This document shows, in pieces, positions 1 through 5,771 of a stretch of 12,464 nucleotides of DNA. Source of the DNA: Promethearchaeota archaeon (GTDB lineage Archaea; Asgardarchaeota; Lokiarchaeia; Sigyniarchaeales; SOKP01). Every line of letters begins with the position of its first letter. Position 1 is the first letter of the stretch. A model generated the notes under the pieces. The model was not told the origin of the DNA. It did no database searches and saw only the letters and a program-made list of their open reading frames with translations. A program made the translations under genes and the position numbers. The stretch lies in contig JBHLME010000132.1 in NCBI GenBank assembly GCA_048938445.1, positions 1 through 12,464 of the forward strand, given 5' to 3'.

Positions 1-149
1 ATATATGTCCATGGACACAAAAATATCTAAAGAATATTGAGGATTAGACATAGGGTTTAAGATCTTATTTTTCTATCACTTTTGAGAATTTTTTTTCCTT
101 TATTTTAAGAAAAACGAGGCAAAATTTGAGTTTTTTTAAAATTTGTCTC

Positions 150-208
150 AATTTTCTGTGAAATTGGAATGGAAAGGTAAATATACAGTTCGATTTACTT
201 GGAAATTT
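150..208. repeat. Intergenic dispersed repeat, copy A (direct repeat of 2386-2444)
   Basis: AATTTTCTGTGAAATTGGAATGGAAAGGT... aligns without gaps to 2386-2444: 45/59 identical overall and 27/29 over the first 29 nt (counted by hand). Confidence 0.8.
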
Positions 209-328
209 ATTTTTACCGGAAGTCTAATGATTTCAACTTTTCTCTTTTTTACAATTTTGAAAACTAACTATTTAAATTAGTAAAACTTATTATGGTTTTA
301 TAGAAAAAACAAAATTAGTGAATTAATA

Positions 329-727
329 ATGACCAATATGGAACTTTCACCAGAAATAATGGAAGAAGCAAGGAAACGGATTTCTTGGGTACAATATAAA
401 GGAAAAGAAATAGAAATTGATGATTTCACAAATCTTAGCGGAGATGAGTTTGTCAGATTAATCCGAGCAAATGCGGAAATAACATTAAAAATGGGAAAGA
501 AAAATATTTTGGCTATTGTAGATTTTACCAATAGTTATGCTAACAAGGATGTTATGGATGCATTAAAGGAAACAAGTGAAAAGACAGAACACCTTCTTGA
601 TAAAACAGCAGTGTTAGGAATTACTGGGGTTAAGAAGATTCTCTTGAACTTTTTAAATAAAGTTACAAATATTGGAGCAAAATCATTCAATTCAATTGAA
701 GATGCAAAAGAATGGTTGATAAGCTAA
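329..727 (+). CDS. STAS/SEC14 (SpoIIAA-like) domain protein
   Basis: 132-aa ORF with alpha/beta pattern 'KNILAIVDFTN...KTAVLGITGVKKILLNFLNKVT...KSFNSIEDAKEWL'. The C-terminal F-x-S/T-x-E-x-A-x-x-W-L is typical of SpoIIAA-like proteins. Start may be 329 or 338. Confidence 0.75.
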   Translation: MTNMELSPEIMEEARKRISWVQYKGKEIEIDDFTNLSGDEFVRLIRANAEITLKMGKKNILAIVDFTNSYANKDVMDALKETSEKTEHLLDKTAVLGITGVKKILLNFLNKVTNIGAKSFNSIEDAKEWLIS

Positions 728-810
728 AGAAAAACTTTATCAAGAAAGGTCATGATAATCAATTTTTTATAAAAAATTCTAATAAGCAAATCAGATAAGA
801 AAAAATTAAA

Positions 811-915
811 GCGGGTTATGAGGGAAACGAACTTCCAACCATCGGATTACTTATTTATTATGAATATTTTTCCCTTCCCAACGTCCACTGGTGGAGATAA
901 ACCTGATTAAACCCC
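811..915. ncRNA. Putative structured non-coding element (identity unresolved)
   Basis: GC-enriched island between convergent genes. Terminal GGGTT/AACCC complementarity, AGGGAAA (821-827) / TTTCCCT (869-875) pairing and a TCCAC/GTGGA hairpin (884-895). Confidence 0.3.
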
Positions 916-926
916 TTCTCTTATCA

Positions 927-1541
927 TTAAAGTATGTCAGCTTCAGGAGCAAAAACTGCTTGGTGGACTATTTTTCCTATTGGTTCATCAATAGATAGCT
1001 CTTTCATACGGGATTTTACTTGTTTTTTATGTTCTTTACCAAAAATATCTTTGTATAAACTAGTAGCTCTTAATATACTTATAAAATACATAAATGTCTT
1101 ATCAGATATATTCTTATTTTGCAAAAGAACATCTTTTAATTTATTAATAATTTCTTCTCTTAATTCATTATTGAAATTTGTAACTGTAAAATGAAACATT
1201 AACCTGACTCTCTTAACAGACAAATTCATGAGTTGTAAAGATTCTAAATGTTCTGAGAAAAACGGTAATAAATATTTAGCTCTTTTTAATAATTTTCCAA
1301 AATAATATGAAATTTTTTTATTTGGTTTCAATTCTGACATAATCGATAAAACCCCATCAAGATAAGGATCTCCCATAAAAGTAGTTTCAATATTTTTAAT
1401 TCTATGTTTTATAATTTCTATTTTTTTAAGAATTACCAAATCCATTATTGCTGCACCAAGTACTCCTTCACTCTTCATCTTAACAGGATTCGTTGCATTA
1501 AATAAGATATATATATCGGAAACTAATAATGGTGACTCTAT
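927..1541 (-). CDS. GPP34 family (GOLPH3/Vps74-like) protein. True start is probably upstream of the ATG at 1478.
   Basis: 'GVLGAAIMDLVILKKIEI...MGDPYLDGVLSIM' matches the GPP34 pattern (AxLxEL...GDPxLD). The frame stays open upstream to a TGA at 1556-1554, adding 'IESPLLVSDIYILFNATNPVK'. An SD-like GAGGAG precedes ATA at 1541. Confidence 0.7.
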   Translation of the reverse strand: MESPLLVSDIYILFNATNPVKMKSEGVLGAAIMDLVILKKIEIIKHRIKNIETTFMGDPYLDGVLSIMSELKPNKKISYYFGKLLKRAKYLLPFFSEHLESLQLMNLSVKRVRLMFHFTVTNFNNELREEIINKLKDVLLQNKNISDKTFMYFISILRATSLYKDIFGKEHKKQVKSRMKELSIDEPIGKIVHQAVFAPEADIL

Positions 1542-1922
1542 TCTTATCTCTCCTCATATATATATTTGAAAATTATTAACATATAAAATAAATAGACATT
1601 TTGGTATATAAATAAGTTCTGTGATTCATTTTGCATTCTAATATTATGTATACTAAAGTCATATAAAATGATATAAGCTACATTGGAGAATATATATAAT
1701 AATACTCTTTCTATAATTTGATTAAATGTATATATCCTAATGATTTGAATTAAAATGCCTTTTTTTTCTTAATAATAGATAAGATAATTAATGATCCTAC
1801 GAATAGATTACAAAGAATGAATAGTGGATTAAAAGAAATTTCAAGATTATTTGGTAATACAATCATGAGGATTATGAAATTCAAGATTAAAACCATATAA
1901 ATAGCTTATAAAGAAAGCCTAA

Positions 1923-2291
1923 TTATTGCTTTCTCAATAGCTTTTCAATATGATCTAATTCTTTTTCTAATTCCTTCTTCCGTTCTTCAAGTATTTGCTC
2001 TCGTTGAATAAGTTCTTCCTTACTTGGTGTCGTTAAATATTCGCCTTTTTCATGAGCGGATTGCGTATTTTTTAGTTCTTCTAAAACATCACGTCTATTT
2101 ACCTTTTTAAATCGTGGATCTGTTTTATTAGGATAGATTGAACTATTAATTTCAGCAATCCTTCTCCTTATTGCAGACCTAATAAATTCAGACTTAGTTT
2201 GTAGTTGTAAGTGTGAATACCTGTTTATTTTTTTGTATAACCTTTCAGATACCATGACTTTAATAAATTTATCTTTTTTATCATCCTTCAT
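1923..2291 (-). CDS. Ribbon-helix-helix (CopG/Arc/MetJ-like) DNA-binding protein with C-terminal coiled coil
   Basis: N-terminal 'FIKVMVSERLYKKINRY...TKSEFIRSAIRRRI' has the alternating beta strand, helix A and S-E-F-I-R-x-A-I helix B. C-terminal heptads 'EELIQREQILEERKKELEKELDHIEKLL'. Confidence 0.8.
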   Translation of the reverse strand: MKDDKKDKFIKVMVSERLYKKINRYSHLQLQTKSEFIRSAIRRRIAEINSSIYPNKTDPRFKKVNRRDVLEELKNTQSAHEKGEYLTTPSKEELIQREQILEERKKELEKELDHIEKLLRKQ

Positions 2292-2314
2292 TTTAAAAAT
2301 CCAAAATTGATTAA

Positions 2315-2350
2315 ATTATGATCATTAGGATCATTATGATCATAATGATC
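2315..2350. promoter_or_regulatory. Four tandem 9-bp repeats including a perfect 22-bp palindrome; probable RHH operator
   Basis: ATTATGATC-ATTAGGATC-ATTATGATC-ATAATGATC. 2329-2350 GATCATTATGATCATAATGATC is its own reverse complement. It lies between the minus-strand TATA box and the RHH start. Confidence 0.75.
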
Positions 2351-2355
2351 AATTT

Positions 2356-2365
2356 TATATTTAAA
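2356..2365 (-). promoter_or_regulatory. Archaeal TATA-box candidate for the RHH gene
   Basis: Minus strand TTTAAATATA about 65-75 nt upstream of the ATG at 2291. Confidence 0.45.
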
Positions 2366-2385
2366 TCTATCTAAACACTTTGGTA

Positions 2386-2444
2386 AATTTTCTTTGAAAT
2401 TGGAATGAAAAGGTCAGTACGTAGGTTGGTTTATAAGGGAATTT
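2386..2444. repeat. Intergenic dispersed repeat, copy B (direct repeat of 150-208)
   Basis: AATTTTCTTTGAAATTGGAATGAAAAGGT... is a 45/59 ungapped match to 150-208. Confidence 0.8.
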
Positions 2445-2478
2445 CGAGGAAAAATAACCATTGGAAACTCACATGAGA

Positions 2479-3393
2479 TTATTTGTCTTTATAATATGGA
2501 GAGCCTGCTTTCATAAAACGATTTAAATGGCGCATTGACGCCACTAATTTTCCTGTTTCTTTTTCCTCTAATGTAGAATCAAGCCAAAAATATTCTGTTT
2601 TCTTAGAGGCTCCAATACAAACATACTTCCCTTTAGCAATATAACAAACTCCAATAAGTGCTGGGCCGTTAATGTTCCTCAGTTCAGTGGCACCAAAGAA
2701 TGGCACCGCATTAAATTCCTCAGTACTAGTTTCTCCATAACCTAAAGCCATTGCCTCAAATATGACTGTAGGATAGTAAATCGTATTTTCCCAGGGTGAT
2801 TTATCTTTAAATTTATAATAATCCAATTGATCTGTGATTCTTTTTAATCCAATATCGGCTTCTTCTTGTGTAAGTAAGATCTCTTTGGAAGGGAGCTCAT
2901 CCCCTACTCTCAGTCGTGCTAATATACGTAATTCCTCAGGTATGCTATTTTTTAGTTCTACTGCTTGTAAATATGATGGCTCCTCAGGTGAACCAATTGA
3001 TATAGTGCCTGTCATTATTTGTTGTCCAGTTTTCAATTCTGCCCATGCTTTAACTTGAATATCATTCAATGCTATTGGCAACATATCATGAGATATTTCT
3101 GCAGGTAATTCAATGATCGCTCTAACTTTTTCTTTATGGACTGTAGCATAGGTGTAATACATGCTAACAGTCCCCTGTTCAAACCACCGATCACCGAATA
3201 ATTTTAAGGCTAAGGGTGCAAACATGCTTAAATGAATGGTTCCTTGTATCGTTCCACCACGCATACCGACGCTTTTAGCTACATTATCATCATGTATGGA
3301 TGTAGCATGTTCTTTAATAAGATTTTCTGGCGCTCGCCAACCTCCAATAATCATTCCATCTTTAATTTGAATATCATCTACCATAGACGACAT
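2479..3393 (-). CDS. Double hotdog-fold, MaoC-like (acyl-CoA hydratase/dehydratase-like) protein
   Basis: 304 aa. 'SIHDDNVAKSVGMRGGTIQGTIH' resembles the MaoC hydratase motif (IHxDxxxAxxxG...IxxG). The second half has hotdog-like strands ('ELRNINGPALIGVCYIAKG...YFWLDSTLEEKETGKLVASMR'). Confidence 0.6.
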   Translation of the reverse strand: MSSMVDDIQIKDGMIIGGWRAPENLIKEHATSIHDDNVAKSVGMRGGTIQGTIHLSMFAPLALKLFGDRWFEQGTVSMYYTYATVHKEKVRAIIELPAEISHDMLPIALNDIQVKAWAELKTGQQIMTGTISIGSPEEPSYLQAVELKNSIPEELRILARLRVGDELPSKEILLTQEEADIGLKRITDQLDYYKFKDKSPWENTIYYPTVIFEAMALGYGETSTEEFNAVPFFGATELRNINGPALIGVCYIAKGKYVCIGASKKTEYFWLDSTLEEKETGKLVASMRHLNRFMKAGSPYYKDK

Positions 3394-3458
3394 ACCTATT
3401 CTATTGATATATGATTGATTATATTGATTTCTAAAAATTAATTAAATTTTAAAAAAAA

Positions 3459-3920
3459 TTACCCTATAAATTCCTTTAAAGTTTTTAAATATTGTTCAAT
3501 CTTTTCATCTTGTCCTTCCCGTTCAGGCCCTTGTGGCCCTTCTAACCGTAATTCAAGAAATTCTGGACATATTTCACCGATACATGTTGATTTTTCAAGT
3601 GCTTTTCTCATTCCTTTAGAAAACAGTTTCTTCCAAGATAATGCATGCGTGTAGAAAGTAGCAACCTTTGGAATGGGTGTTTTGATAACTTCACCAAGTG
3701 ATTTTACAAATTTAGTCATTTTTCTGTCTGAACCGAATGCTTCGACCCTGGTTGCAAAAACTAGCGCTTCGGGATGGTCATTGACTATATCTTCAGGTTT
3801 TATTGAATCTATGGAACCCACCTTTACATCATAATTTGATTTTAATCTTTCAGCAAATTGGTTTGACAAGCGTTCAGTATTACCTGCTTGTGAATTATGA
3901 ATGAACCATACTTTTTTCAT
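3459..3920 (-). CDS. Flavodoxin-like protein
   Basis: N-terminal FMN phosphate-binding loop 'FIHNSQAGNTERLS' (SxxGNT). 'ALVFATR' and 'KVATFYT' strands. SD-like GAGGT upstream. Confidence 0.8.
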   Translation of the reverse strand: MKKVWFIHNSQAGNTERLSNQFAERLKSNYDVKVGSIDSIKPEDIVNDHPEALVFATRVEAFGSDRKMTKFVKSLGEVIKTPIPKVATFYTHALSWKKLFSKGMRKALEKSTCIGEICPEFLELRLEGPQGPEREGQDEKIEQYLKTLKEFIG

Positions 3921-4030
3921 GTTTTTTATTACCTCAATTAATATTTATTCAATTTTGTAAGTTATATATAGATATAATTTGAATGATATTTTAATGCATC
4001 TTTCATGTATTTACCTTCTCTTGTCTGTGG

Positions 4031-4825
4031 TCATTTTAAAAAATCATCAATAAAATCAAAATCTTCTTCGCGAAATGGACATAACACATAACCATTTGCT
4101 TTGGTTTCTTCAAGATGCTTTTCAACCTCGCTTTCAGCCCATGAAGAAATGAAAAATACGGGAATATCTTTAAGCCATTCAGCACTCTTGATTTTTTTAC
4201 ACACATCAAATCCAGAAATGTCTGGCAACATGATATATATCAAGATTAATTTCGGCTTGAAAAAAATGAGCTCTTCAATGGCTTTTATGCCAGAAATCAC
4301 GGCCTTGCAAGAATATCCCTTCTTTACAAAAATTGATTGGATAATTTTTATATCTGATGCATAAGGATAGACGAGTAAGATATCATATTTAACATTAAAT
4401 TCTTCCCTTTTCTTAAAATATCTTAAATAGTCAATGAGAATGTCAAACTCTTTTAAATCAAATGGTTCTAAAAAAAAGCCATTAGCCTTAGTTTCTTCAA
4501 GATTATTTTTAACCTCACTTCTAGGCATGCCAGTAGCATAAAATACAGGGATATTTTTGAGCATGTGATCTTTTTTTATTGATTTGCAGATGTCATAACC
4601 CAAAGAGTCTGTTAAAATGATATCGAGCAAGATCAATTTTGGATGGAAGTTTTGCACTTCATTTAATACTTTAGCTCCTGAAATAAATCCTTTACAGCTA
4701 TATCCTTCTTTATTGAAATACTCATTTAAGATTTCAATCATTTTAATGTCATCATTGACTATTAGGATATCATACGGATATTCATCCTCTTTTATTATTC
4801 TTGATACTTTTTCTTTTTTTGTCAT
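4031..4825 (-). CDS. Protein with two tandem (degenerate) response-regulator receiver domains
   Basis: Internal duplication: 'DILIVNDD...PKLILLDIIL...IPVFYATG...ANGFFLEPF' and 'DILLVYPY...PKLILIYIMLPDISG...IPVFFISS...ANGYVLCPF'. Confidence 0.85.
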   Translation of the reverse strand: MTKKEKVSRIIKEDEYPYDILIVNDDIKMIEILNEYFNKEGYSCKGFISGAKVLNEVQNFHPKLILLDIILTDSLGYDICKSIKKDHMLKNIPVFYATGMPRSEVKNNLEETKANGFFLEPFDLKEFDILIDYLRYFKKREEFNVKYDILLVYPYASDIKIIQSIFVKKGYSCKAVISGIKAIEELIFFKPKLILIYIMLPDISGFDVCKKIKSAEWLKDIPVFFISSWAESEVEKHLEETKANGYVLCPFREEDFDFIDDFLK

Positions 4826-5139
4826 GAATTTTGTGTTGATTCCTAAGGAAATTATGATTGTTATATAAAACTAAATATTTATAGATATATCTAAAAAATA
4901 CTATCCTTTTTCCTTATTTTTTTATTTTTAAGGTTCACAAATTCTCCTTGGAATCTGATTTTAAATTCAAATATAATGATTTGTATCTAGTTATAATAAA
5001 GGAGACCAATTTTTAGAAATATCATTTGAATTGACATGACAATGATATTGTCCATTTTCAATTATTGGACTAGTAAAATTTAATATTTAACAGCTCATAC
5101 TTGTTTATAAAATAATCTGATCTATTTAAGGTGCAAAAA

Positions 5140-5640
5140 ATGACAGAAAAAACACATTCCCATGAAAGAGAAATACCTCATTCGCATTTATACCAATTAT
5201 CAATGCCCATAATATTTTTTATGATCTGGATTCTTGATACTTTTATTTTTAAACTGACAACATGGCTCAATGAGATAGTGATCTCATGGATTCGCATGCC
5301 CTTATTCATTATAGTCTTAGTAATGGCTGTAATCTTCATTTATTTATCACATGAATCCATATTTAAAGAATCACATGAAGCATCTGATACATTATTGACT
5401 GATGGGATTCTTGGGCATGTAAGAAATCCATTGTACTTAGGAATTATGCTGATATACGTGTCATTCATAATGCTCTCCATGTCAATAATAAGTATGATCG
5501 CATTTATATTCGTTTTTCTTGTTTATAACAAGATGGCAGACTTTGAAGCGGGAATATTAGAAGATATGTTTGGTGATGACTACCTGACCTATAAAAGTAA
5601 AGTACATAAATGGATACCAAGTGTTAAGAAGAGATTCTAA
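5140..5640 (+). CDS. Isoprenylcysteine carboxylmethyltransferase / PEMT family membrane methyltransferase
   Basis: 'LLTDGILGHVRNPLYLG' and 'EAGILEDMFGDDYLTYKSKVHKWIP' are family hallmarks, with several TM segments. The ATG at 5140 is preferred because the GTG at 5131 is part of an AGGTG SD motif. Confidence 0.85.
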   Translation: MTEKTHSHEREIPHSHLYQLSMPIIFFMIWILDTFIFKLTTWLNEIVISWIRMPLFIIVLVMAVIFIYLSHESIFKESHEASDTLLTDGILGHVRNPLYLGIMLIYVSFIMLSMSIISMIAFIFVFLVYNKMADFEAGILEDMFGDDYLTYKSKVHKWIPSVKKRF

Positions 5641-5671
5641 TTCTTCTCTTATAATAAAGTAATTAGAGTGC

Positions 5672-5705
5672 TTTTTTTTTATTTCCACTTTTTATATTAA
5701 TTTTT
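5672..5705 (+). terminator. Oligo-T terminator candidate between convergent genes
   Basis: T9 run plus further T runs ~30 nt after the methyltransferase stop. A-runs near 5750-5758 could serve the opposite strand. Confidence 0.35.
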
Positions 5706-5771
5706 CATTATTTTCTAAATCCTATAGTAATAATGAAGAAATTAAATTTAAAAAAAAATTGTATATAAAAG

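Noticed and set aside
1-18. Possible start of a minus-strand gene leaving the window (GTG TCC ATG GAC ATA TAT)
   Set aside because: Only 4-6 codons are visible and there is no clear SD, so it cannot be supported as a feature
150-178. GGAATGGAAAG resembles the 3' end of some archaeal CRISPR repeats
   Set aside because: Only two copies, 2.2 kb apart, with no spacer periodicity and no cas genes. The similarity also continues past the putative repeat end.
298-531. Short ORF on the minus strand (77 aa)
   Set aside because: Antisense shadow of the STAS/SEC14-like gene
811-915. SECIS-like ATGA...TGA core
   Set aside because: Only ~2 bp follow the putative quartet instead of a long helix II, and the upstream + strand gene has no in-frame TGA
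934-1194. Short ORF on the plus strand (86 aa)
   Set aside because: Antisense shadow of the GPP34-like gene
1923-2291. RHH protein as the antitoxin of a type II toxin-antitoxin pair
   Set aside because: No coupled toxin ORF (PIN/RelE/MazF-like). The next gene on the same strand is ~380 bp away and is GPP34-like.
2405-2476. 23-aa ORF MKRSVRRLVYKGISRKNNHWKLT starting inside repeat copy B
   Set aside because: The same frame in copy A stops after three codons and the substitutions show no codon-position bias
2834-4868. Plus-strand ORFs 2834-3058, 3232-3414, 4101-4364 and 4617-4868
   Set aside because: Antisense shadows of well-supported minus-strand genes
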